A stretch of DNA of 63,430 bases, counting the filler, from Octopus bimaculoides (lineage: Eukaryota): assembly GCF_001194135.2 (NCBI RefSeq). It is 6 parts of 6 records of this genome, joined end to end, with 100 filler letters (N's around TTAATTAATTAA, not from the genome) between each part and the next. Parts side by side here need not be neighbours in the genome. Positions count along the whole stretch, not along the records: positions 50,676 to 56,479 come from NC_068997.1; positions 56,580 to 62,054 come from NC_068984.1; positions 62,155 to 63,430 come from NC_068981.1; 3 more parts are not named here. One strand, written 5' to 3'. The position numbers and the translations under genes were made by a program. Shown piece after piece: positions 50,729 to 63,100 of the stretch. Under the pieces are notes generated by a model that was given only the letters and a program-made list of their open reading frames with translations, made no database searches and had not been told where the DNA came from. Positions within the stretch are counted from its first letter, which is position 1. Each line of letters begins with the position of its first letter.

Positions 50729-51938
50729 GCATGATGTTCAATATGCAAGTAAATTGTGTTTTTCCAAGACCAGCTTCTCAGCAATCAATCTAATTTTCTG
50801 ATATATAATTTTTACAAAATTTGCTTCTATATTTACACGAGTTTATTGTGTAATCACTGAAGTCATCGGTCTATTTGGGCCACTTAAACCTCGGTTAGCC
50901 TGATCGAGCAAACTTATAATTAAAGGTGTTCTAACTCTTTGCTTTAAGGGCATGTGGGGCTACTTTCTTCAATGTGTCCTTTCGTTACTTACTACGGTGG
51001 AATATATTTGAGGGAACGCGGTATGTCTGATGATTGCGTGGGACTCGTTATGTGTTATGCAGTTAACATTAACCACTGCAATAATATACAATCATACTTC
51101 AAACGATTAATTAGATCTTTGATTTAAATCCAGTGTCCCCCACTCCTCCACCTCCTGCTGCAAGCTGAATAGCAAGAACTATTCCCGTTTCTTGATATTT
51201 TATATTAACAAATACTTTTCTTCTATTTTTATTATCTTATATTTTAACGCCACAGACAAATTTTCTGAGTTACTGGCACAAAAAAACACTATATATAGCA
51301 TTTCTATATCTATTAAGTTGGATGGATGAAATGGTATCTGATTAACGTGTCTGTAAGACGTGTGTGTGCGCACGCGCGTGTATGTGTATACTGAAGAAGA
51401 AATGGTATTAAAGAATCCAAGCGTATACTTTATAAGCACTCGGCTAACTAAACTGTCCAGTGAATGCAACAGTAATCCACGTAGATTATAAATTCCCTTT
51501 CTGTCAATTTGAATTCAGTGTATAATAGAAATCATTCTTTTTTGTTTGTTCGTTCTCTGTTTGCATGTTAATCATTTAAATTCTTCCCCTGAGGAAGGAA
51601 ATAGTTTTTAACTAAGATATCAAGTTCTATCGTGCGAATGTAAATAACAAAAGCAATGTCACATTTTAAACTTGAGAAAAATCTTGCAGATATTTGCTGT
51701 TCCACCAATAGATTGTATTCGTATGGTGCGAGCTAGTTGATTCGTTACTTTTTTGGAAAGCCCTACCTTATGTATGTATGTATGTATGCATGTATGTATG
51801 TATGTATGCATGTATGTATGTATGTATGTATGTATGCATGTATGATTGTATGCATGTATGATGTATGTACGTATGCACGTATGTACATATGTATGTATAT
51901 ATAAATATATGTACTGCGTATGTATGTATGTATGTGCC

Positions 51939-51985
<47 letters not shown>

Positions 51986-52132
51986 ACTCATACATACACA
52001 TACATACATTTGTGAAAAGGTAGATTGATACTTGACATATCTCTATAATAAGGTTATTTTCACTCTATTTTCATCTCAAATTCTACACTCTCAGCTCATC
52101 TTACTTTCGTTAGACTTTAGCAATAGTGTCAG

Positions 52133-52217
<85 letters not shown>

Positions 52218-52220
52218 CAA
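52133..52220. repeat. (AAT)n microsatellite
   Basis: Seen directly. Confidence 0.95.
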
Positions 52221-52254
52221 TTTATTGGTGGTGGTAATTGTTGTTGTTATTTTC

Positions 52255-53712
52255 ATTTACGCTTTTGTTCTGGCAGATTTTATACCAACACAATACCAAA
52301 AGAACAGACCAAATCAAATGACCAAAGGTCTTTTGGGTCATTCTTTCTTCAACTTTCGAACACCTTCCTTAGAATTCTTGCTGTTCCTAACAAGGCTGTT
52401 TGCTGCGACAGCCCGTTCTAATGGTAATTCCCAGCTTCTCAAACCATTCATTCAACCTATTACTAACCGCTCCCAATGCACTGACCACAATCGATATCAC
52501 TTCTACAGGCCTGATTCTCCATAGTTTCCTGATTTTCTAACTGCAGCTCCTAATATTTCTCCATCTTCTCACTTTCTTTCTCATTCACCATGTGATCCCA
52601 CGGTGAAGCAATATTCACAGTAAATTGCTTTGTAATTGAAGCAATATGCACAGTAATTGCTTTTTACAACAATGTCAGGTTTTCTAGCCACAATAAAATG
52701 GTCACACTAGATGGCCATGCCCCACAAGATCTAAAATGGTTTGTTTTCAGCAACCCTTTTCCGGTTGATGGTCATATCATTTCTCACTTCTGCTCATGTC
52801 ATATTTATGACAGAAGTTCCAGTGAACCAATCTGGCAACGCTGTCGTGCCTGCTCGTGAACTCATTTTGCGCGACCATCTTACATTCTTTAATAATGTTC
52901 TTTGCTGTTTCACCTTTCTCACCATACAACCTACAAAGTAGGAAAGTCACTGAATTGTTAACATTGAACTTCATATAGTTCGTTTTCAGTGCCTGTTCTT
53001 GGGCCGCGAAGATGAGGGCTACAGTTTCAACTTTCAAGTTGCTTTTCCTAGTCCATTATCAGATCTTATCTTTGTCAATTATTTCAGGCATTTCCCGTAC
53101 GAATTGACCGTACATTTTGTTTTCTTTCCATTTATTCAAGATGTCATTTTGTCTGTCTTGTTTAAATCCCTTCGCTTCATCACTGCTTAGGACTTTTTTT
53201 TTACCTTTTATATTCCTGCCATCAATCTCTCCTTCGAATTCTTTACATAGTATGCCAGATTATTTTCCTCGGTTTTCACACACAATCCACAGCTAATAAG
53301 GCCTCTTACTAATCTCTCTCGTAATAGATACTAGCTGTCCACGTCACCTTTTTAGGGTATAGAGCTCCTAGTAGTGTCATCATTTTTCTGGTCTTTCTAT
53401 CAAGCTCCTTAAGTTCATCACTTCTCCACTCTATACCTGAGCTGTAACGGCCCATGTGTTGACTGCCAGTATCTGATTCCTACCACTCAAATTTTATTTT
53501 TAACAGCAATTTCAGTCTCCGTTTATATTCCTTTGATATCATTTCTTTCATTTCCTTCTCTTTCATTTGGTCTCTTTCCAGGATGCCTAACAACTCGTTG
53601 TCGTCAATTTCCTCCATAACTTGCCTGTCTGGTAATATAATTCCCCCCATCTTATCAATTCTATTTTTCTTTAGTAGTAACACCCCACCCCCACACATTT
53701 TTATGCCAAGGT
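52255..53712 (-). mobile_element. 5'-truncated R4/Dong-type LINE, lineage E
   Basis: LGILERDQMKEKEMK..EYKRRLKLLLK; LKVETVALIFAAQEQALKTNY..CRL.GEKGET..I..EC...AQNEF..RHDSVARLVHW; C-terminal ..GTARILRKVFES*. Confidence 0.9.
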
Positions 53713-53714
53713 TA

Positions 53715-54080
53715 TTATATTTTCTTTGCACAGCTTCTAACGCTGGAGATGTATTACGGTGTCAGTTGTTCACTACCAATGAACTAAGGTACCACCCCTT
53801 ATTTATCGAGCACCACCCGGAGTATTCGAGCAGTTCCAAGCAGTGCTGCTTTCTGCAAGGGCTCCACCTTTATTGCAGCCCCTATTTGTTCCATGTACTT
53901 CTCAAGATTTTTACTCACTGTTCCCAGGGCTCCGACAATCACTGGTACTACTACTACCTTTTTTAGCGACCACAACTGTTTAACCTCTTAAACTAATCCC
54001 ATAAGATCTTTGCATTATCATTTTCGATGATGCCTTCGAGTTTATGGTCGGATCATTTTTTTGCTCTGTCAAGTCCATAC
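53715..54080 (-). mobile_element. R4/Dong-type LINE 3' end with internal deletion, lineage D
   Basis: DHKLEGIIENDNAKILWD joins EVKQLWSLKKVVVVPVIVGALGTVSKNLEKY..LQKAALLGTARILRVVLDK*. The UTR ends AAAATATAATAA. Confidence 0.85.
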
Positions 54081-54109
54081 TTATTGTTATTGTTATTGTA
54101 GTTGTTGTT

Positions 54110-54311
54110 AAGGCGGCGAGCTGGCAGAATCGTTAGCACGCTGGACCAAACGCTTAGCGGTATTTCGCCTGTCGCTACGTTTTGAGTTCAAGGTCGACTT
54201 TGCTTTCATCCTTTCGGGACGATAAATTAAGTGCCAGTGAAGCATTGGGGTCGATCTAATCGACTGGCCCCCTCCCCCCAAATCTCAGGCCTTGTGCCTA
54301 GAGTAGAGAAG
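54110..54311 (+). mobile_element. SINE family A (near full length)
   Basis: AAGGCGGCGAGCTGGCAGAATCGTTAGCACG...TTTCATCCTTTCGGG...GGGGTCGATCTAATCGACT...GGCCTTGTGCCTAGAGTAG followed by an (ATT) tail. Confidence 0.92.
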
Positions 54312-56422
54312 ATTATTATTACTATTATTATTGTTGTTGTAATATCAATCTAGTACTGGGTTTGATGGTGTGTAGATTTGATTTTCTCTTCGAAACATAA
54401 TCTTTTCAAGCATTTTCAAATGAAGTTTCTCTCCCCAGTATTTGTTAAAACAATAATAATTGCCTTAGGAAATTTTGCCCTCAACATCCGTGAGTAGGCA
54501 ACAAAAGAAAAGGGGGTTGTTTTACAAACACCTAAAACTTTATTCCTACGCGTTATATTTTCACATCCAAAATAGCTACCGTACACAATTTTGCAATCAA
54601 GGCTGACCTGGAGATAAACAACAGCAACAATAACAATAGTAATAACGTCAATATATGGCGTTAACTATTTATATTCTAAATAATTTCATTTCTCGAGCCA
54701 TTCAAGACACTTTAATTGAACATAACGCGACGAAAATCAAATCTAATGATTTTTGGTAAAAAGAGGAGAGAAGCGAATGTAGACGTAGAAAAGATGTCAT
54801 GCTTATTATGGACTTGTGCAGTGGCCAATATTTTGAAAACATCAGGGTGGTAGTTTAGCTGGGTCAGCAAAACGTCGGGAAAAATATTTTACAATATTTA
54901 GTCACAGCTCTTTACATCTGAGTTCAAATTCTACGGAAGTTGACTTAGCCATTCATTCTTTTGTGGTCGATAAAATAGACAGGATCACGTAATTAATCGA
55001 TCGCATCTCTCCCACTACCCACAAACAAAATTCTGGTCTTTTATCTGATAGAGAACTCATTATTTACGAAAGGTTTCACAAAAGAAGATACGAACTAAAA
55101 GGGAAATAGGATTAATTATAATACAATTTTTCACTTAAAACACTTGAGAATATAATACTGTTGACTTTTATAAAAATTGATTCATTATTGAACTGAATCT
55201 AGATGGAGTTGAAAGAAAGATTGATTTACAATTAATTCAGTTTGAATTAATGAAACAATTCATTTAAATTCCAGTAATTGGGTTTTATAAAGTTATTTTT
55301 CAACTTGACCTTTCAACTGATTTTAAAATGAAATTACTCACACGTCAGCTAACGAGACAAAACGAACTCACAGCAATGTTTTTTCTTGTATGTATGTATG
55401 TATGTATGTATGTATGTCTCTTATTTTTAAATAATTATAAGTCTTCCACTGAGGAGGGAGCCGGTTTCCAAGGCTCCATCTTTGGCATGTAGTACATATG
55501 TATGTATGCATTTATGTATGTATGTATGTATGTGTGTATGTATGTGTATACGCATGTATGTACATATGTATGTGTATGTATGTGTATACACATGAACGTA
55601 TGTATGCGTATACGCATGAACGTATGTATGTGTGTATGTATATATGTATGTATGTGTAAACGCATGTATGTATGTGTTTTTTTCCTGGCGGACGTTTTAC
55701 TCTTTGTTCTTTTTTTTCTGTTTTTCTTTTTGGTAGCTAAGTTGTAAATGAATGGCTCTCTTTAAAAATGTGGAATTGCTATTTTCTTCAAATTTTGCGT
55801 AACGGTTTGACCTTTACATTTTTAGAAAGTCTTGTGTATTTTTATTTCCCTAGATAACATGATAATCTGCAGTGTTTGAAGTATGGAGCAACGTTCCTTC
55901 TCCAAGAATTCGCATATGTTATATAGTCTCCAGTGGTGTCGTCAGTAACTAGTTATTTTTTCCCTACACTCATTCAAAATGGTGTCTTATATAATGATAA
56001 CATAAAGAAATTGTTGCAATTAGTTTGAAACTGGTTTAAAATTATATGCAAATACACACACACACACACACAAACAACCACATATATTTATATTTTCTTA
56101 TACATTTGAGAAATTATGAAGAACACAAGTTTATATCATTTGATAAACTTGTGATTATCATAATTTCTACCACATTTGCTCAGTATAACTAATAATAAAT
56201 ATTAATAAGATATAGTAGTTTATCACACAAACTACTAAGATCTATAAATACAACCACATTTACTCAGTATATCACAACCAATAGTAAATACTACTAAATA
56301 TAGTAGTAAATTAAGCACTCTACTGGAAACAGACTGGACGATGATAATCTATGTTGTGGAGCAATAAAATCAACTGTAGCAGTCGTACAACTGTGCGCAC
56401 GCACGCATACACACATTAGAAG

Positions 56423-56479
<57 letters not shown>

Positions 56480-56777
56480 NNNNNNNNNNNNNNNNNNNNN
56501 NNNNNNNNNNNNNNNNNNNNNNNTTAATTAATTAANNNNNNNNNNNNNNNNNNNNNNNNNNNNNNNNNNNNNNNNNNNNGTGTGTATAAGCGAGGGAAAC
56601 AAGAAAAGTTTAGCGATATCTACACAGAAATATGGAAGCAAATACCAAGACACAACGAAAATATAGCTCCGTCACCAGAGATAAAAGCAAACAGAGAAAT
56701 AAATATTCGCGTAATAACAAATGAACCAGAGTTAACTCTGAGGCGAACCTGATTTAAACAAAAATGAAAATATAAAA

Positions 56778-56910
56778 AGGGCGGCGAGCTGGAAGAAACT
56801 TTAACACGGTGGGTGAAATGCCGAGGTCGACTTTGCCTTTCATCCTTTCGGGGTCGATTAAATAAGTACCAGTTATGCACTGGAGTCGATATAATCGACT
56901 GGCTCCCCCT
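56778..56910 (+). mobile_element. SINE family A with internal deletion
   Basis: GGCGGCGAGCTGG...GAAATG joined to CCGAGGTCGACTTTGCCTTTCATCC. Confidence 0.85.
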
Positions 56911-56934
56911 ATGAAAACAAGTAGAACAGGTAGT

Positions 56935-57297
56935 AGTAGTGCGACATGGTGATCTCATATCAAGATAAACAGCGTATGACCTCGCAGGTGGGGGCAGTTA
57001 GAATTTTCTTCAAGTCGAGTAGGTGAATTATTCAAACCCCAAAGAATTCCTCTCAACACATGGCTATGATGCTCCCCCACTACTTCTGCTCATGATCAGA
57101 GATGCATATATTGTCAGCCACCAAGGGACATGCACAACTGGTTTAGTTCAATCAACCGACAAGCAACACTGTGGTATTAAGAAGAATATTTGCTGTAACC
57201 CATCTTTTATACCAAAACAAAACAATGTACATTATAACACTTCCAATCAATTAAGATCAGAAACCATGAGAGCCACTGCCTGGTACTACATGCGGGC

Positions 57298-57300
<3 letters not shown>
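56935..57300 (-). mobile_element. AAT-embedded unclassified repeat (5' and central part)
   Basis: Overlaps by homology with both 15596-15712 and 6350-6600. Starts right after (AAT)n. Confidence 0.8.
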
Positions 57301-57327
<27 letters not shown>

Positions 57328-57332
<5 letters not shown>

Positions 57333-57540
57333 TCACTGCCTGAAATCGAACTCGGAATCTTGGGGTTAGTAGCCCGCGCTCTTAACCACTACAGAATATG
57401 CCCGTGGGCAATTATGGAGTGAATTTTAGGGCTTATAAATCCAATATTCTCTTATCCTTCCTTAATACCGGTTCCAATATGCTGTTCATATCTGCACTCG
57501 GTCTGCTTAGGAGGTTGTTGTGTCCTAGCGTATGTGCTAA
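57328..57540 (-). mobile_element. Second Penelope 3' fragment with a complete tRNA-like module
   Basis: About 13 mismatches in ~180 nt to 49122-49295 by manual alignment. Adds B-box GTTCGATTTC (57342-51 minus) and an (AAT)n tail. Confidence 0.88.
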
Positions 57541-58344
57541 GTAAATATTAATGACGTGTAAGAAATACGGTGTTCCATTATGCAACCAAAACATACTACA
57601 GAGTATATTAACCTAATACTTGCCATGAGCCCCATTCGAGGATCTTCTAAAACTGATCTCACTGCCGGTTGTTTGTTGTATTCAAAGTGAATTGCTTATG
57701 CGCATTGCATTTGCACAGGGGTGTTTAATAATATTTAGTAGTTGAAGTTTGTCATTATTAGCTCTGGTTGATTCTGGAGGACATTTTATATCATAAAGCG
57801 CAACTTTTGAACTACAAAAATATTGACTGTGTTGAAAACGGTTTTCCTTTTTTGAATTTCTCGTCTATATCATTCATTGATATTTCAAACACATTCGCAT
57901 TTGATACTAAAGTTTCAAAGAAACTAATATGTTTATTATTGCAACTGAACAGAAAAGGATTATGCTTTTTTTTTTCCTTTTTTCAGCGATCCCCATTTGG
58001 GACTTTCGAAAACTTTATCCTAATTTCCAAAATAATTCACATATGAAGAAAATTTAGATACTCTGTATTATTTTAACTCCTAAGACACCTGGCAATTCCA
58101 AACAATATGAATAAAAAGATTTGGCAGTGAATGGCTCAAAAGGTTTCTGTAAGTCAATATTGTATTCTACAGTGTTATCAGTGCTCTTACATTACTTGTT
58201 AATGTTATCTCTACAAATTTTCCATTGAAATTTTAGCCAGCGCTGATTTTGTTACGACGTTTCGTAACCTAGACACCAGGTGTAAGCAAACAATGAGATC
58301 GAAGATGATTAATGGGTTGGGTATTCTTTTTCTTTCTCTTATAC

Positions 58345-58550
58345 TTCTTTCAGTCATTTTGACTGCGGCCATGCTGGAGCGCCGCCTTTAGTCGAACAAA
58401 TCGACCCTAGGACTTATTCTTTGTAAGCCCAGTACTTATTCTATCGTTTCCTTTTGCCGAACCGCTATATTACGGTGACGTAAACACACCAACATCGGTT
58501 GTCAAGCAATGGTGGCGCGACAAATACAGACACACACAAATACACACTCG

Positions 58551-58588
<38 letters not shown>

Positions 58589-58735
58589 CGACGGGCTTCT
58601 TTCAGTTTCCGTCGACCAAATCGTCTTAGAAGGCTTTGGTCGGCCCGAAGGTATAGTAGAAGACACTTATCCAAGGTGCCATGCAGTAGGACTGAATCCA
58701 GAACCATGTGGTTGGGAAGCCACTCCTGCGCCTAT
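58345..58735 (-). mobile_element. SINE family B, full length
   Basis: Head GGCGCAGGAGTGGC to tail GCAGTCAAAATGACTGAAAG on the minus strand, with internal (TG)n. Confidence 0.92.
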
Positions 58736-58892
58736 AGGTGCTGATGTAGTAGCAAAAGCTCCTGAAATATATCATATACGCCCATTACCCATTTTTTTTT
58801 ATCTTAGATCTCATTGTTTCAATATGTAGATACATTATGAGTAATGTTGGTAGACGGACACAGTGTACAAGCACATCAAATACATATTGATC

Positions 58893-59335
58893 TTTTACCT
58901 CTTACTTGTTTCAGTCATTAGACTGCGACTATGCTGGGGCACCATCTTGAAGAACTTTTAGTCGAATGAATCGACCCCCAGTACTTATTTTGTTTTAGCC
59001 TGATACTAATTTTATCGGACTCTTTTGCGAACCGCTAAGACATGGGGACATTAAACATACTAATACCGGTTGTCAAGCAGTGGCGGGGTACAAACTCAGA
59101 CGCAACGACACACACACGCATGCACGCACACACACGCACACACAGAGGTGCGCGCGCACCCACACATGTATTTATACAACAAGATTCTGTCGGTTTCAGT
59201 CTACCAAATCCACTCAGATGGCTTTATTCGTCAAGAAGCAATAGTAGAAGAAACTTGTCCGAAGCGCCGCGCAGCGGGACTGAACCCGGAACCGTATGGT
59301 TGGGAAGCAAACGTCTTCCCACACAGCCACGCTTA
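58893..59335 (-). mobile_element. SINE family B, full length
   Basis: Same architecture as 58345-58735. Confidence 0.9.
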
Positions 59336-60384
59336 TGTATGTGTGTTTGTGTGTGTGTGTATGTGTATGTGTGCGTGTGTGCGTGCGTGTGTGTGTGTGT
59401 GAGTATGTATATGTATGCCTTTGTTTTACAGTTCTATATTTAAGAGATGAAGAATTATGTACATTATTCACTCTATTTAAATTATTTACAAACAAGATGA
59501 GGACAAATATTCGTCAAATGTAAATAATGTAAAAAATATAAATAATGCTTTTGTTTTAGTCACCACTCCTGTTATCCATGGTTTACGTCTCCGTAACGTT
59601 GCAATTCAGCAAAAAGTGTTCGATAGAATAAGTTCGAAACTTAAAAAGAATTAGCACTGGGGTCACTTTGTTCGACTAAACACACGAAGGTCTCCCCAGC
59701 ATGTCTACAGTCCAATATCTCTTAATATTGAATCAATACCTTCTTTATGTGTATTGAGTATTTATTTGAATTCTACGAAATAGATACAGATAATTTGATT
59801 TCAGAAACGACCGCAAAAATATTGATTTGATTTCGTTTCTTGGCAGACCAACGTCTCATATGCTTTTATTTTACATAAATAACATATTTTATATAGGCTT
59901 TTGAGACTGAAATATAATCTTGATGAAATAAAACGCACTTCCTCTTCTTGTCTACTTGACGTCTGCTAACAAGTCGTGCATCCTTCGTACAAGATTTTAG
60001 TCGTAATTATACTAAATGTTGAACAGTAGGGTAACGGACGAGTGGGAAATCGATAGAACGTTTGGCAAGTAAGTCAGAAACAAGAATGAAAGCAACCCCA
60101 ATTGCTTGAAGAGGGGTAGATGTTTACCCTCTACCAATTCGAAACTATTTAAATATATTCAGAACGTACTGATTGTGAAGGGAATGGTTATATTACACCC
60201 AGCTGGCCACATCCTATTTGTACTCATGAGACGAGTATAAATATTAATAATAATATTGATTATAAACTCTACCGTCGAAGACAAAGTATTTATGTTCAGC
60301 TTTTTCCAGAGTACCTGCACAAATGATTTGTTTATCGTGATCAAGTGTTTATGCTGTACATCAGCTCACTTCTTCAATCAAATC

Positions 60385-60560
60385 AAGGTTACCTGAACAT
60401 GTGCGCGTTGTACCATATGACAGGTATCGAAGTGACCGCAGAGCAATGTCAGACGAAGTGTTTTGCTCAAGAACAGAAGGCACCACCCGGTCTTGGAATT
60501 GAAACCCCGATCTCACGATCGTGAATGCAACACCATAACCACTAGGTCATGTGCCCTCAC
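60385..60560 (-). mobile_element. tRNA-derived SINE related to family C
   Basis: Reverse complement GAGGGCACATGACCTAGTGGTTA...CACGATCGTGAGATCGGGGTTTCAATTCC...TTCTTGAGCAAAACAC. Confidence 0.75.
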
Positions 60561-60585
60561 AATAATAATACTCATACTACTACTA

Positions 60586-60675
<90 letters not shown>

Positions 60676-60683
<8 letters not shown>

Positions 60684-60837
60684 TTCAACAAATGGCATGA
60701 GGCCTGAAATTTTGTGGGGCAGGGATTAGTCGATTACACCGACCCCGGTGTTTCTTGGAGGAATTTGAACATAAAGACGGACGAAATGCCGCTAAACATT
60801 TTGCCCGGCGTGATAACGATTCTGCCAGCTCACCGCC

Positions 60838-60842
<5 letters not shown>
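60676..60842 (-). mobile_element. SINE family A between microsatellites
   Basis: Reverse complement AAGGCGGTGAGCTGGCAGAATCGTTATCACGCCGGGC...TAATCGACT...AATTTCAGGCC. Confidence 0.88.
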
Positions 60843-60910
<68 letters not shown>

Positions 60911-61555
60911 TAATAATAATAACTGCTGACAAATGGTACAAGCATCACCCTGACAAAGAAAATGTAACTATTCTTTGGAACTTCCCACTATGTACAGACC
61001 GGACCATCAAAGCAAATGAACCAGTTATAGTCGTGAAAGATCAAAACAATAAAGTATGTTTATTGATTGATACGAGCATACCCTGCGATCATAATATCTC
61101 GGCAAAAACATTTGATACGCTCAGAAAATATAAAGATTTGCTAATCGAAATCGAAAAGATGTGGCATGTCAAGACGGCTACAATACTAGTGATTGTAGGA
61201 GCACTTGGGATGATCAAAAGAGGAGCTGAAAATTATCTAAGAATGATCCCTGGCTTACCATCCATGCAGGAAGTGCAAAAGATTGTCTTAACTGGTACGT
61301 CACACGTATTGAGAAGAGCATTGTCGCTGTGAATTTTCTTTCCTTTTCTCCCTTTATTTTAATTGTTTACTTTTCTATTTTCTATTTTTTCCTTCTTCTC
61401 TCTGTCGACCCCTCTTTCTCTATCACATGACTTTGTAAATGAACAATCTGGTGTGTTTATTTTAATGTCTACCAATGTATACAGTACGTTTCTCTGCCCT
61501 AGGTGTCATGAAGACACTTGACAAGAAATGGAAACAGAATTGGAAGATGATGCTA
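60911..61555 (+). mobile_element. R4/Dong-type LINE 3' fragment, lineage B2
   Basis: ORF 60907-61332: KWYKHHP..VTILWNFPLCTDRTIKANEPVIVVKD..CLLID.SIPCDHN..KYKDLLIEIEKMW..VLRRALSL*. Flanked by (AAT)n on both sides. Confidence 0.92.
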
Positions 61556-61560
61556 ATTAA

Positions 61561-61617
<57 letters not shown>

Positions 61618-61619
61618 CA

Positions 61620-61915
61620 GAAATAATTCCTAAAATAGTAGGCACATTAGGTATAACAGTAGGTGCATTCCTATAATAGTAGGTGTATTAGATATGGTTA
61701 AAAAAACATTCAGACATATACATAACCAAAACACCAGGACTTACAAATGTATATAACATACAGGAAAAAGCACTACTAAGCACCGCGCACATCCTACGTA
61801 AAGTACTTTCAATACAGTGAAAATAAGAGCTCCACAATAAGCCACAGCTTATACACCCAAGACACACAGAATTGCGCTCGGTAGTGCAGTGAAAGCACGT
61901 GATAAATATAAGTCA
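61620..61915 (+). mobile_element. R4/Dong-type LINE 3' end, lineage F
   Basis: IPIIVGVLDMVKKHSDIYITKTPGLTNVYNIQEKALLSTAHILRKVLSIQ* plus UTR, followed by (AAT)n 61918-61996. Confidence 0.85.
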
Positions 61916-61918
61916 GTA

Positions 61919-61997
<79 letters not shown>

Positions 61998-62384
61998 GAC
62001 TTACCTGAGGCAAAAGAAAAAATAAAGCAAGACATCCTTGCCAAAGCACAGAGGNNNNNNNNNNNNNNNNNNNNNNNNNNNNNNNNNNNNNNNNNNNNTT
62101 AATTAATTAANNNNNNNNNNNNNNNNNNNNNNNNNNNNNNNNNNNNNNNNNNNNTGCAGACCTCCTTTGGGTCTTTTTATTATCACTACGACACACATAG
62201 TCCCCAGTTGGTAACATTGATTTCAAGGCCCTCCTAGATGAGAGACTGGCATTCCACTTAATGTCTATGTTCCATGCTGGCATGGATTGGAGAGTTATTA
62301 ATGTAGAAATATGGTATCGTAGCTACTAACAGTTGAGGGTTGCGTAGTCTAGACAGCGTTTTTAGATTTCATTATTCTCTTTAA

Positions 62385-62411
62385 CCCGGGCAAAGCCGGG
62401 TATTTCTGCTA

Positions 62412-62412
<1 letters not shown>
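62385..62412 (+). mobile_element. Helitron-type 3' terminus
   Basis: Hairpin CCCGG-GCAAAG-CCGGG, 8-nt spacer, CTAG, then T. Confidence 0.6.
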
Positions 62413-62458
<46 letters not shown>

Positions 62459-62779
62459 TACGTATATATGCACATTCATACACACACGTGCACACGCGCG
62501 CGCACACACACCTTTTGCTGGAACATGTACAAAATAACTAAAAATAAGTTGCCATCATTATTAACCGATTAAGAGCTGAGATCAGTTGACCTTAATCTGT
62601 ATCTACTTTCCCATTCTCTTTATCTCTCCTTCACATCTTCCGCATCCACTCACTGCAGCCTTTATCAAATCTACCCACTACATTTCTCAAAACTATTGGT
62701 TATAACGAGTATGATTAGAAGCGTTAAAAATTGATGTGTGCAAATATATACTTGTTACTATGCAAATATGCTCGGGACA

Positions 62780-63100
62780 TATTAGAAGCGGCAAGAAAAC
62801 CATTCACTATAAGAATTGTCACTGTCGGCAAATGAGTGTAAATACAACAAGTCAGTTCCGAGTTCCACTTAACCAGATCGATGGAGGCATGCATATCGGA
62901 GTAGTTATCTTCTCTTCAGCATCGGACTTTGGAAATAGAAGCGCTACAAACGAACATCGAGGGACCCGGTTTTGCTTATTCAAATCCGTACTTTATTACG
63001 GTCGCGCAACCAATCCCAGTACATTTACTAGAATACCATGAAAGACATCTGGTTCCTCCTTGTCAGTTAGTACGATCTCTCTTTCCACTATTTGATGCTA
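62780..63100 (+). pseudogene. Possible highly decayed LTR-retrotransposon (Ty3/Gypsy-like) RT remnant
   Basis: CRQMSVNT...VPLNQID....GVVIFSS.SDF...CLFKSVLYYGRATNPSTFTRI loosely matches DYRxLN..YPLPxID..FSxLDL..F.V.PFGLxNAPxTF. Confidence 0.4.

Noticed and set aside
51020-51060. CTGATGA motif
   Set aside because: No stem II or downstream GAAA.
57328-57403. Possible functional tRNA gene
   Set aside because: Acceptor stem does not pair and it is embedded in a repeated Penelope end; treated as a tRNA-derived module.
57960-58200. Loose IDLQK.F (minus) and DPHLG (plus) motifs suggesting RT or integrase
   Set aside because: No neighbouring motifs in register; insufficient support.
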